A DNA stretch of 64,000 nucleotides from a virus (taxonomy: Duplodnaviria > Heunggongvirae > Uroviricota > Caudoviricetes). The notes under the pieces are model-generated. The model searched no databases. It was given only the letters and a program-made list of their open reading frames with translations, and was not told where the DNA came from. Each line of letters opens with the position of its first letter. The first letter of the stretch is position 1. Both the position numbers and the translations under genes were made by a program. Below, piece by piece: positions 1 to 10,408 of this stretch. Location: IMG/VR virus record IMGVR_UViG_3300021255_000031. The stretch is one strand, 5' to 3'.

Positions 1-525
1 TCACGCGGGCGCCCTTCAATTTTGTCAAACGCTCCGCATTTTATTAAGTTTATCATTTGTGGTTTCTTTACTTTTACTCTTGTAAGAAAATCTTGCATAG
101 AGTTATAAGGACGATTAGCCATAATTGATTTAATAATATCAATACCAACACTAGTAATACCACGAAGTCCGTATAGAATACGATTTTCTTCAACGATAGG
201 AGTAAATGTAAAAGAAGATTCATTAATGTCGGGCGGATCAACAATAATGCCATATTCTTTGAACTTACCGATAACCGCCGCGATTTTATCATAATCGGCA
301 CTTTTATTCTTTACTTTCTCTTCTTGTTCATTTTCTTCTTCATCTTCAGAAAGAGACATATCAACATCATCTAAGTTTTCATCTTCGTCATCTTCTAAAT
401 CAAGTTGATCTCCGCCACTATCAACAATAAGATTGGCTGTATTCCAAAAAATAACCGGAAAATATTTTGCTAAATTCATTTCCTGTAAAGCAATAATTGA
501 ATACGCATAAGTATGTGAGGCATTG
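1..525 (-). CDS. dnaE: DNA polymerase III alpha, exon 3 (runs off the window)
   Basis: NASHTYAYS...PPDINES...ILYGLRGITSVG (HhH)...IKCGAFD; open to position 1. Confidence 0.9.
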
Positions 526-845
526 CTTTACCGCACTTGCTTTCGCAAGCCTATTAAGTTGCGGTCTGGACTATCCCATCAATCTAATAAAAGATTGTCT
601 TTATTATAGTCTCTGAACATCTCTCTAAGTAAATTATACTTACGATTCATTCCATATTTTAAAATTTTATATAATTTTTAGAGATTTTGCTGCGGATTAT
701 CCAATCCTAAATCTTTTTACTATACCAAAATCGTTACTTTTGCCGCGATATTTTCACAAATATCGTTTAGTAATTTAGGCTCTAAGGAACTTCCCGCAAT
801 TTAAAAGATTTTCTTTACATTTTAATGTAAAGGGTCCAGTTCTTA
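526..845 (-). mobile_element. Group I intron (320 nt, no ORF) in dnaE
   Basis: U|...G| boundaries rebuild GGG TTC AAT GCC TCA CAT = GFNASH. Core elements AATTGCGGGAA, AATCCGCAGC, TTCAGAGACTA and GGGATAGTCC are present. Confidence 0.92.
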
Positions 846-2016
846 AACCCATAGCCTCTACTTAATGCCACCTCAACATTCCATACATAGTTACAAAAAC
901 GCTTACTAAGTTTCTTTTCTTCTACTCGTTCAAAAAATTTTTTAGTTAATGCTTCATATTCTTCCGGTTTCTTTTTTGCAATAGATTTACGAAGTTTATC
1001 GGCAAATTGTAAGTCCCAGCCGCCACATTCGGGTAACTGAACTAATTGCATAAATTGTTCCTGCGTAATAGAAAGTCCATTTGAGATATCTAATTCTCGG
1101 TGTAATAATGCTCGCTCTTGTTCCGTTAAGCCGCATTGTATCATTTCATTTTCCCAATCTTGCGGATTAAGTCTAAAACGTGCATATTTATCTAGTGGAG
1201 ATTCTGCGCCTTTCTCTGTTGCCATTAGACGAATTACTGAGTTTAAAGTTGCTAATTCATCGACATTTCGCGGATGGGTTAATGCGATTCCACGAATACC
1301 GCTTTGTTGCTCCATTTGGAAAAGAGAAATTACTTTATGGTTTTGTACCATATCCCACATTTCTTTATTTTCGCGTTCAATATTATATACACCGACAACC
1401 TTCTCGTAAGTCTTACGCAAAGTTTCTTCTGGCTTTACATATCCATGCTCCATAAGTAAATTTAAACAGGTATGTATTTTATCCGCTGCTTCGATAGATA
1501 GCAGGTCCATCTTAATCATCGAGACATCTTCAAGGTCGTGTAACTCATATTGTGTAATAATTGTACCATCGGGTGCGCGCATTAGAGCACTGGAATCTGT
1601 GAAATCTTTATCAAGAAAAACAACGCCGCCTGCGTGAATACCAATACCACAAATAATACCTTCAATATTTTTCGCGGTTTCCCACCAGCCTGGATACTTA
1701 TTTATTTCTTCAATAAAGGTCTGATTCGGTTTTATTCCTTCTTCTTCATCGCCATAATACATCTGAGACAATGTATATGCAGCACCACGTTCAGTTGTAA
1801 TAAGCCCAGACACATATTGAGCTTTATCTATATCAATACCTAATCCACGAGCCGCGGTTTGTACTGCCGCCTTCGACTTTTCTGTTCTGAAAGTTGCTAC
1901 ATTTGATACTCTATTCTCACCGTATACTTTTTTCAGATGCCTTAATACTTGCTCGCGTTTACCACCCTCAATATCAACATCAATATCAAGTACGGATACA
2001 CGCGCCGGATTTAGAA
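846..2016 (-). CDS. dnaE: DNA polymerase III alpha, exon 2 (palm/thumb/fingers)
   Basis: FLNPARVSVLDIDVD, GIHAGGV, KMDLL, SRGYGF. Exon length 1171 nt fits the splice phases. Confidence 0.92.
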
Positions 2017-2951
2017 CACTTTATCCACTGTCACCAGTGGGGTAGACTATCTCTTGCTCTCATAGTATATCATAAAACCCAAATAATTTTTATTATTTTT
2101 TGCGGCTTCAGCCACTAAACGCCTTACATTTACCGTTACGGTTGTTTTAGTATAATGATTATCAATTAACCATTGTGCCGCATCAGTACTACTTTCAAAT
2201 CGTAATAATTGATTATCTTTTTGAAGAATAATGATTTTTCCTAATTGTTGACCAGAAGTATATCTTTCAACATTATTTGCATTTAAAATATTATCTACCG
2301 TAGAATGGTCACAATGCAAATATTCTGCTACTTTTCTTGCAGAACGTAATTGATGATATAACTGAATTATTTCATCTATATCCCAATTATATAATTCTAC
2401 TAAGCGCCCGCCTATTGTGCTATTATATCCATTCTTATATGAATTATAATAAGCAATCCAATATTTTTCACGCTCGTCTAATTTATCATCTGCGACTTCT
2501 TCTATTGTCTCAAATGAAAAATTCTCAATACCATATTTTTTAAAAGCCTTATATAAACTCAAATGTGAAAAATACGGCTTATTCCAATTATTACGATGTT
2601 GCTGAAATCTTTTTTCAACCGGTTTTATAGTTTGTCCTATATAAACCTTATTATTTATATTATTTTGGATTTTATAAATATATCCCATATTATCACCTTT
2701 TTAGTAATATTATGAGAGCCCCCGTACTTGGAGCGGTAGCATCTCCGCCCTACATGGCTACACTCATCACCATTAGTCGTTACACCTTCAACTGTGTCCG
2801 TGGCTCTCCACTAATACAGTAGCTCGGCACGGTATTAACTATTATAGTTTCTACCGTTAGCACAAAAAAATTTTTTGCACACCGCTTGCTGGGCGTTCTC
2901 GGGGTTTATTGTAGTTATGTCACCATAACTAGGAAGCTATTAAATCAGTTA
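2017..2951 (-). mobile_element. Group I intron (935 nt) in dnaE carrying a GIY-YIG endonuclease
   Basis: 5' exon ends in U and intron ends in G. Splicing gives AGG TTT CTA AAT CCG GCG CGT = RFLNPAR before the catalytic DIDVD. Core-like elements GTAACGACTAA and AAGAGATAGTCT are present. Confidence 0.9.
2047..2688 (-). CDS. Intron-encoded GIY-YIG homing endonuclease
   Basis: YIYKIQN...VYIGQT, EKYWIAYYNSYKNGYN; C-terminal HTH/NUMOD-like part; stop codon overlaps the intron J8/7-P7 sequence. Confidence 0.9.
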   Translation of the reverse strand: MGYIYKIQNNINNKVYIGQTIKPVEKRFQQHRNNWNKPYFSHLSLYKAFKKYGIENFSFETIEEVADDKLDEREKYWIAYYNSYKNGYNSTIGGRLVELYNWDIDEIIQLYHQLRSARKVAEYLHCDHSTVDNILNANNVERYTSGQQLGKIIILQKDNQLLRFESSTDAAQWLIDNHYTKTTVTVNVRRLVAEAAKNNKNYLGFMIYYESKR

Positions 2952-4254
2952 ACCTCCAAGGATACATCTGTGTTTTTTCGCGCAGACAATTGATTTGAAT
3001 AATATCTAGAGCATAAAGAAGAACAAAGCCGCCGCCAGAGCCACGGGCGGGCATTACCAACGAACCCGCGTTCCAACATTCATCAATAATTTTTTGAAGA
3101 TTTAAGAAATATGCTGACCACCGTGCTTTATTTACTTCTGAAGATTCCCAAGTCATTTCCAGACATTCATTAATAGCATCGTATGCTTTTCTGTTCTGTA
3201 AATCTGGATGCTCTTCAATACCATCTATAACAGCAGAACATAACTCTCTATCTGCTTTATACTCAGATTCAAAGAACTTATTAAGCTCTGGAATTTTAAT
3301 TATCCATTCTGCATATTCCTTTTTTGTTTTTTCTCTAAATTGACGCCAAGGCAATGAAGGTATCTCTAATGGCTTTAATACGCTAAAATCTTTACATGCT
3401 TCTTTAATATCATGAATGTTTTTGTATGCAGTTTGAAGTTCTTCTTCTGTTAGATAATCAAAGAATGAACGAATTTCTTCATCATTCATCATATAAGTTG
3501 TAGCATAGAATGACTTTACTTCACGCTCGCCATTTTGAGAATTAAGATATGCTTCATGAACGGCTGCGTTTTCTGGTCTAAGATAATGACTATCAGTTGT
3601 AATAATATAAGGAATATCTAACTCTTTGCTGAGTTTTAATAATTCTTTATTAACAAATGTTTGTTCTTTACCATGCGAAGGCTGTAATTCCAAATAAAAG
3701 TTTCCCTTACCGAACAAGCCTTCTATATACTCACACCACTCTTTTGCTGTTTGTAAATAAGACTCATCGTTGGTTTCCATATATTGAAGTAAAAATCTAT
3801 CTAGCTGAGAACCTAAACAAGCGCTACTTGCTATTAAATGGCCAGGATTAGGTCTAACTATATCCTCTAAATCCTGATAATAGGTCATACGCCTACGCTG
3901 GCGCGCGACAACGTATGAACGATTCCAAGCTCTAGTAGATAACTCACAAATTTGATGATAGCCTTCTATATCCTTACACAGCAAAATAAAATGATAATAT
4001 TTATCTACGCCACGCCTAAAATTAGAATTGTTAAGTCCGTCGCGTGTAAGATAAATTTCATTACCACGAATAACTTTAAAATCGGGATATTTTTCTTTAA
4101 TTTTATTATAATATTTTTCTACTTTGATATAACTTGATATAGTTTCATGGTCGGTGATTGCGATACACTCATGGCCTAAATTAATTGCCATATCAATTAA
4201 TGGTTGAACTTTATTTATACAATCTCTTAAAGTCTCATTACTATAATCCGTATG
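2952..4254 (-). CDS. dnaE: DNA polymerase III alpha, exon 1 (PHP domain to YPWR)
   Basis: PHP motifs AITDHE, GNEIY, HFILL, ITTDSHY; RGSGGG motif; ends TGG AGG T at the intron boundary. Confidence 0.92.
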
Positions 4255-4262
4255 GTTCCCTA

Positions 4263-4295
4263 ATTATGAAGACTTCCAGGGTAAGTCATCTTCAT
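4263..4295 (-). CDS. dnaE: DNA polymerase III alpha, segment 0 (MKMTYPGSLHN), ending at in-frame TAG; rejoins the main frame after an 8-nt gap
   Basis: ATG at 4295 follows SD AGGTGGTG and a consensus promoter. SLHN joined to HTDYSN (from 4254, other frame) rebuilds the PHP-domain HxH motif. No SD precedes the ORF-track ATG at 4191. Confidence 0.75.
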
Positions 4296-4330
4296 ATTTA
4301 CATCACCACCTTTTCTTATCTTTTATATTT

Positions 4331-4359
4331 ATTATATCACAATTTTGATTTTTTGTCAA
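4331..4359 (-). promoter_or_regulatory. SigA/sigma70 promoter for dnaE
   Basis: TTGACA-17 bp-TATAAT with extended -10 TG. Confidence 0.85.
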
Positions 4360-4817
4360 AAGTCGTATTTATGTATATTTTTTACTAAATCATAGTCATC
4401 AATAAAGAGTTGTATGCTTGTTTTGCCCATATATTCATTAAGATTAATTTTTCCATATACGGTTAAAGTTTTAGTGCGATTCTGCATAATATCTTCAATA
4501 AAATCTGTATCTTTAAACTTAACATAATCTACACCATTGTAAGATATTTTTATACAATCCTTATTAGGGCCCATGATTTGAACATTTTCCAACGAAATAT
4601 TTTCAATTACTATGTGTATCTCATCAATATGATTTCCAAAATATTCTGGATGTTCTGCTAGTACAAACAACAAATCCGTATTATCTAATCTTCCATCAAG
4701 AATATAATCAGCAAGATAAACATTTTCAAAGTCCGCAGCAGATAAATGAGTATTTGCATAATCCATCAGTGCCTGAACCCTATTCACGGCGAGTCCCCAA
4801 CCGGCGGCGGCGTCATG
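4356..4817 (-). CDS. recJ: RecJ-like ssDNA exonuclease, exon 2
   Basis: Begins HDAAAG, completing the YVAG|H DHHA1 motif; C-terminal OB-like GKINLNEYMG. Confidence 0.85.
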   Translation of the reverse strand, partial: HDAAAGWGLAVNRVQALMDYANTHLSAADFENVYLADYILDGRLDNTDLLFVLAEHPEYFGNHIDEIHIVIENISLENVQIMGPNKDCIKISYNGVDYVKFKDTDFIEDIMQNRTKTLTVYGKINLNEYMGKTSIQLFIDDYDLVKNIHKYDF

Positions 4818-5751
4818 CATATTAATCAATTATTTCTAATTGTATAGACTATTTTTTACTCCAATTTAAGGAGAATATCCATTTCAAACTGCGTATCAAT
4901 AGCAGCCTTACTCCACCCAATGTGGATAGTCGTTACAGGTTTTATTGTTCTATTTTCGTATAGGATAATCAATATTTTCATGAAAATGATTTTTCCCGAT
5001 GTTTATCATAGTAATTGCACTACGATTCCAACCTACCAAACGTCCGATTTCTTTTTGAGATAAAGAAGTTGAACGTAACATTTCTATTACTTTATCTGCC
5101 TTTAAGCTATTCAATTCTTTCTCTGATGGGCGTAATGGATAGGATAAATCATCACGATGCCATGACGTTCCTTCGTTAATATGGCGAAAAATATCCCAAG
5201 TGATACAATTTTGTTTTACAATATTTTTTCCTGGAATATCCCAATTCATAAGCTGCTCTTGAACTTTTTTTGCAGTATCATTACTAATTTTCGCGAATGA
5301 ATTATTTTCTCCACTATAATGCGGTGGCTCTTCCCCTCCAGATTGAATATTATATCCATAGGGCGCGAGACTTTTATAAAAATTTATATACTCTTTTTCT
5401 TTTTCATTGTAATCTTTAAACCAACCGATTATTTCAAAAGAAAAATTCTCTACACCGTATTTTTTAATTGCTCGATGAATAAGACTAATTTCATTATTAT
5501 AGCCATTAATATGATCTTGCCATCTTTTTGAAGGATTAACCGACTGGCCAATATAAATCTTATGATTAATTAAATTTGTTATTTTATAAATTGCTTTTTC
5601 TTCAAACATTATTTTCACCTCCTTTTTACAAAGATAATAGAACAATATTTCCCACGAGGTTCCCATATCAATATTGACTTAGGGTTTCTCGTTAGCCACT
5701 AATAAAAGTGACCCCGTTGATGAGACGGAAAAGATATTAAAGGCCAAGTCG
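4818..5751 (-). mobile_element. Group I intron (934 nt) in recJ carrying a GIY-YIG endonuclease
   Basis: Exon ends GCA GGT (U), intron ends ...AATATG, next exon starts CAT GAC. Core-like GTAACGACTAT and AAATAGTCTA are present. Confidence 0.88.
4950..5609 (-). CDS. Intron-encoded GIY-YIG homing endonuclease
   Basis: AIYKITNLINHKIYIGQS, PYGYNIQSGG; SD AGGAGGTG before ATG at 5609. Confidence 0.88.
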   Translation of the reverse strand: MFEEKAIYKITNLINHKIYIGQSVNPSKRWQDHINGYNNEISLIHRAIKKYGVENFSFEIIGWFKDYNEKEKEYINFYKSLAPYGYNIQSGGEEPPHYSGENNSFAKISNDTAKKVQEQLMNWDIPGKNIVKQNCITWDIFRHINEGTSWHRDDLSYPLRPSEKELNSLKADKVIEMLRSTSLSQKEIGRLVGWNRSAITMINIGKNHFHENIDYPIRK

Positions 5752-7059
5752 ACCTGCTACATATGAAGTTAAACCACTATCTTCCAAAAATTTTTTAAAG
5801 CTCGGTAGCCCCGCAAAATTAGCATCACTACGAATACTACCGCGAATTTCATTATGACTATCACGCCTGCCAATCATACAAGGCTTGTGATATTTATTCA
5901 CAATTGACATCGCTACTAGCCCAGTAATTTCTTGCGGAATATTGTCGCCTTCTTCTACTTCTACAAGAATAATATTATTGCGATCAAGTTCATTTTTCTG
6001 AATTTTAAAATCAATAAGGTCAATCGCCCGTTCTTTAAACTTATCTTGACGCGCCTTTGCGTTTTTACCTATGCGCGCCGTCTGCTCTGCGGCTGTCTCT
6101 ACATCACCAGGTTTCGCGCCACGCTTTGTGCTCTGAACTAAACGGTCTGGTTCAATAAAGCAATAGAACATTGTTTCTTTTTCTGTGATAGTGCCAACAC
6201 GCGTTAAGGCATTGATAAGTGGTGAAATATACCACGCTACATCAATAGCATTTAAGCCAGTATATGGCGGCTCTCCGTGTGATTTTAATGAATATGCCTG
6301 AGAATTTAACAGAGTTTGAAAGCCTTTATTATGAATATTCTTTAAGCCTTCAACCATAATATAGTTGGTTTCTATATCTGTCCTATCCATAACATCCGCG
6401 ATTTCTCCTAAAGCCGCCAAGTCAAGATACCATTCTGCCTGACGAATATTTAATTTTTCATCTAAAATTTCGCAGAATTTATAAACTATGCCTGCTCCGC
6501 AAAGCGATTTATTACTATAATAAATGGATAACTGATTATTTACCACTATCGCATTTTCTTCATTTGGAAGAATATCATTGCCATAATCATCTTTTGGAAT
6601 ACTGTGATGGTCTAAACAAATGCAATCAACTCCTCTACTATGAAGACGAGCGTGTTCTTTAATATCATAACTACCAGCATCTGGCACAATGACTAACTGG
6701 AAATCTTGATTTTCAATCCAGTCGATTTTATCATTTAAACCATGCTGCTTGTGTTCGTGTACTGTAAAAGATAAGTCAGCATTGGGATAGATATGTTTAA
6801 TATAAAGCCACAATATAGACGAGCTGGTAAATCCATCACAATCCGCATCTACAATTAATAAAATCTTATGATTAGCTTGTAAATGACTTAATAGCATATC
6901 TGCTGCTTTTTCAATATTATCTAAATCATGTGGATTTAACTCACATGCTTTAGAAGGATGCAGAAAGTTATTTATATCAGTTACTCCACGCGAAGCGAGA
7001 ATTTCCTGTAAAGCAAGAAGTGGCTCTTGAGTATAGTTTGCTCTTAATCTGTATTTCAT
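5752..7059 (-). CDS. recJ: RecJ-like ssDNA exonuclease, exon 1 (DHH family)
   Basis: DADCDG, HGL, PDAGS, LDHH, LCGAG, ALGEIADVM and GSIRS motifs. Confidence 0.9.
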
Positions 7060-7068
7060 TTCATATAT

Positions 7069-8193
7069 TTACCTCACTTTGATTCTATTTTTATATAAAT
7101 ATTCAAATATTTCTTTCCCTTTATCATAAGGTGAATCTTTCTTTTCTAATAAATTATCATAATCCCATATATAAGAAAATGAAGCATGTCCTTTATAAGC
7201 TTTACAAATTTTTTCTAAAGATTGACGATATTTCTTTGCTTCTGGCGAGCGCCAATCATCGTACTCCTTATCAAAAGCAATAGTAATTTCATTGACACCA
7301 AGAATATCTGTCAAAAGACTTATATGATATTTATTTGTATGGCTGCCGCAAACCGCGACTGCATTTGACATTTCTCCATAAAATCCGTCATCCAAAAGCA
7401 CCGACTTCTCTCCCTCTACCAGCACTACACTTCTTCGCGTTTGTATTCCTTTTTTATGCTGGTAAGCGCCATATAACTGAAACATTTCGCTAAATTTATA
7501 ATTGATATTACCCACCGTAATAGGATGATATTTTCCAAAATCTGCAATGCGCCAACTTTCAAATTCGCGTTCGCGTACTCCTATTAAACGGCCATTAATA
7601 TCACGCTGTGGTATAACAACCGCCGCGTCAGGGATAGAATAAGATATCTCAAACTTATCCATCACTTGCGGCAAAATACCATCAGCTAGCCAAGCCGGAT
7701 GATAATAATGGATAAAACATTGTAAAACATTTTCATTATATGAAGGTAATTCAGGAAGCTGCGCGGTAAATTTATATTTATTTACATCAATATCTGTCTT
7801 TTTTGTCCGCAATTCTCGTGAAATGTTAATATGCTTTAAGCATCGTTTAACATATTCAACGGCATCGGCATATGTAATCGGATAATAATTCAACTCCATA
7901 TACTTTCTATATAGAGTAAATATACTCATAGCTTCATTACATTCAGTATAACATCTAAATATTTTATTATTTTGATACCAATAAAGTTTCATGCTTTCGG
8001 CTACATTTATTGGATTATGACATATTGTAGGACAAATTAAATATCCTTTATTTTCATAAACCTGTATTTGCGTTACGCCTAAACTCTCTAAAAAGTTTTT
8101 TACATCTTCCAGCGTAATCGATTCTATAATTTCTTTTGAGCCCGCTTCTAACAATTCTAATTCTTCGTCTTGAAATTGTAATGTATCAAGCAC
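7069..8193 (-). CDS. DNA primase (zinc-binding domain + TOPRIM), probable GTG start
   Basis: CPTICH...CYTEC, VVLVEGEKS, AFDKE; SD-like GGAG before GTG at 8193, overlapping the helicase stop. Confidence 0.8.
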   Translation of the reverse strand: MLDTLQFQDEELELLEAGSKEIIESITLEDVKNFLESLGVTQIQVYENKGYLICPTICHNPINVAESMKLYWYQNNKIFRCYTECNEAMSIFTLYRKYMELNYYPITYADAVEYVKRCLKHINISRELRTKKTDIDVNKYKFTAQLPELPSYNENVLQCFIHYYHPAWLADGILPQVMDKFEISYSIPDAAVVIPQRDINGRLIGVREREFESWRIADFGKYHPITVGNINYKFSEMFQLYGAYQHKKGIQTRRSVVLVEGEKSVLLDDGFYGEMSNAVAVCGSHTNKYHISLLTDILGVNEITIAFDKEYDDWRSPEAKKYRQSLEKICKAYKGHASFSYIWDYDNLLEKKDSPYDKGKEIFEYLYKNRIKVR

Positions 8194-9793
8194 GTAACTC
8201 CTGCCTCCAATCAATTGGAACCTGTGTTGCAGACTTAAATAAATCCATTGACATATCTTGAATGGGCTGATTATCTGATGTAGTAATAAATAAATCTTCA
8301 CGATAACCAGTTCCTAAATGTAACTTTGTCCATATACGAACATTTTTATATCTTCCACGACGCATTTTATATATATCCAATACATGAGTTGGTCGTTTAT
8401 CAATAACATCATAACTCAATTTTCCGGCCGCGGCCGCGGTTCTTAATGTAGGTATTAAATTATTCCAAAACTTATCGCTAACTCGTGTCATTACATATCC
8501 CATGTCTGCTTTATCAGCGATGCTTTTCGCTCCTCGAATACACGTTTCATTCTTAAATTCTCCATCCTCAGCCATTGCTGTAGCATTAACCTGTGTTGCT
8601 GAAAAAATAAAAACCTTATAATCTTTCGCAATCTGTTTTAACTGATTGGCAAACATCATTAGAATGGAATCTTCACGAAGATTATTTCTGGAAAACTGCA
8701 TCATCATACTTGCTGTTGTATGAATATAATCAAACCAAACATATTTTACATCTTCTGTTACAACATATTTCTTAATTGTTGCTTCAACATTTACAAGATT
8801 CGGATCGCTTATTTCTTCAATTAAAAAATAACCCGAATATTGTTCCATGATTTTACCAGCATATCTAACTCGTTCTTCTTCTTCTCCCAAACCCTCATAT
8901 CTACCAGTAAGAATATGGTCTTCATCTACTCCAGATAGATAAGCAAGCATAATAGTTTGAAGTTCTTCTTTGTCCATCTCAGTAACAATGAATAAAACTT
9001 TTCGTGGATTACGCACCACTCCATCTTTATCAACTTCATAACAAAATGAGCTTTGTTCGTGCGACCATCTAATAGGATAAGCCATATGACAAGCATCGAA
9101 CACACTTGTTCGCGTTTTACCTGCTGAGGTTGAAGCTGCCTTTAAATAAAAACATCCTTCTCGCGCGCCACGACAAGCTGTACTAAAAATATCACCCTCA
9201 AGGCTCGGGCCAACACTTGGTGCTTTTTTCAAATCATCAATGAGGGTCATAATTCCTTCCGCAGGGTCTCCTTTTTTCTTTCCGCCGCCAAGAAACTCAT
9301 TTCTTATGATTGTGTATTTGCTTTCAACGGCGTTAAGAATGTCTTCTATAGAACTTTCGTCAAAGTGTCGTTGTATTTCCACTTCATCGAGCGGATTAAC
9401 CAAATCTTTATCACTAATATAAAATTCACTAATATCATATTTATCTTTTTGTAATCTACGAAGTAGAGAATATTTTTTTAATCTAATATAATATAATTTA
9501 AAGTTAGATAATTCTGCAAACTCATAAGAAGTATTAAGAATATCAATTCCATTACCATTCTTATAAGCCACACTGAGGGCGCCACCCCTTTTTTCAATCT
9601 CTAAGTCTACTTCTACTGGCGTTAATTTTTGAGCGCCTTCTTCATACAAATTTTTGATAGTAATAAAACATGCCCCAATTGCTCTATCATCAAAGTCAAT
9701 GGGGCTGATGTCAGTGTACTCCAAAAAAAGAAGAGGGTTCAACATTAAACACCCAATAACTTGGCGCATCGCCATCTTATCAGATAATGTCAA
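8186..9793 (-). CDS. dnaB: DnaB-like replicative helicase
   Basis: Walker A ASTSAGKT, VTEM, WFDYI, ATQVN, GAKSIADKAD, KMRRG. Confidence 0.88.
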   Translation of the reverse strand: MTLSDKMAMRQVIGCLMLNPLLFLEYTDISPIDFDDRAIGACFITIKNLYEEGAQKLTPVEVDLEIEKRGGALSVAYKNGNGIDILNTSYEFAELSNFKLYYIRLKKYSLLRRLQKDKYDISEFYISDKDLVNPLDEVEIQRHFDESSIEDILNAVESKYTIIRNEFLGGGKKKGDPAEGIMTLIDDLKKAPSVGPSLEGDIFSTACRGAREGCFYLKAASTSAGKTRTSVFDACHMAYPIRWSHEQSSFCYEVDKDGVVRNPRKVLFIVTEMDKEELQTIMLAYLSGVDEDHILTGRYEGLGEEEERVRYAGKIMEQYSGYFLIEEISDPNLVNVEATIKKYVVTEDVKYVWFDYIHTTASMMMQFSRNNLREDSILMMFANQLKQIAKDYKVFIFSATQVNATAMAEDGEFKNETCIRGAKSIADKADMGYVMTRVSDKFWNNLIPTLRTAAAAGKLSYDVIDKRPTHVLDIYKMRRGRYKNVRIWTKLHLGTGYREDLFITTSDNQPIQDMSMDLFKSATQVPIDWRQELRA

Positions 9794-9819
9794 GTTTATC
9801 TCTCCTTTCTATATTTATT

Positions 9820-10329
9820 TTATTCTTCACTATTAAAATAGTCAAGATAATCATCTGGATTAATAATTTCTTTTTTACGAGCTGTCGCTTCACGAACAGG
9901 CACAATATATTCTGTAAATTTAGTATCTTTAATTGCGGTTGTCATAATCTGCATTTTTATTTCATTTTTTCTTTTGTACCTATTCATTTCATCTATCATT
10001 TCTGGATTAACAAAATACAATGTCGCAGTTTTTGGCTGTATCTTTTTTATGTCATATACATACTGAAGACATTCTGTAATTGTCCTTTCTGTATAACCTT
10101 TTTCTTTTAAAACCTTATGCTCTCTGTTAATTCGCGGTCCTGGCACTTGTAAATGAAATATTCTACAAACAGTTTCTACAAATTTTTCATACCACTGTGC
10201 TTCTATTAAACAATCTGGGCAATAATTATACGGAGTAATCGTGCCTTTTCTACAATACGACACCATTTCAGAAGCTTTAAATATATTACCGCACCCGTGG
10301 CATTTTAAAGTTGGTCTTTTACCTGCCAT
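9820..10329 (-). CDS. Zn-finger hypothetical protein (possible helicase-loader partner)
   Basis: CxxC...CxxC at the N-terminus; directly upstream of the helicase. Confidence 0.5.
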   Translation of the reverse strand: MAGKRPTLKCHGCGNIFKASEMVSYCRKGTITPYNYCPDCLIEAQWYEKFVETVCRIFHLQVPGPRINREHKVLKEKGYTERTITECLQYVYDIKKIQPKTATLYFVNPEMIDEMNRYKRKNEIKMQIMTTAIKDTKFTEYIVPVREATARKKEIINPDDYLDYFNSEE

Positions 10330-10384
10330 ATTCTCGCTCCTTTCTTCTTTTCTATTATAGCATAACTTTCTTTAAAAGTCAAAT

Positions 10385-10408
10385 AAAAAGAGCCTTACGG
10401 CTCTTTTA
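10385..10408. terminator. Intrinsic terminator
   Basis: AAAAAGAGCC-TTAC-GGCTCTTTT. Confidence 0.75.

Noticed and set aside
4356-4829. Stand-alone gene starting MINMHDAAAG
   Set aside because: It is recJ exon 2; the apparent start lies in the intron 3' end.
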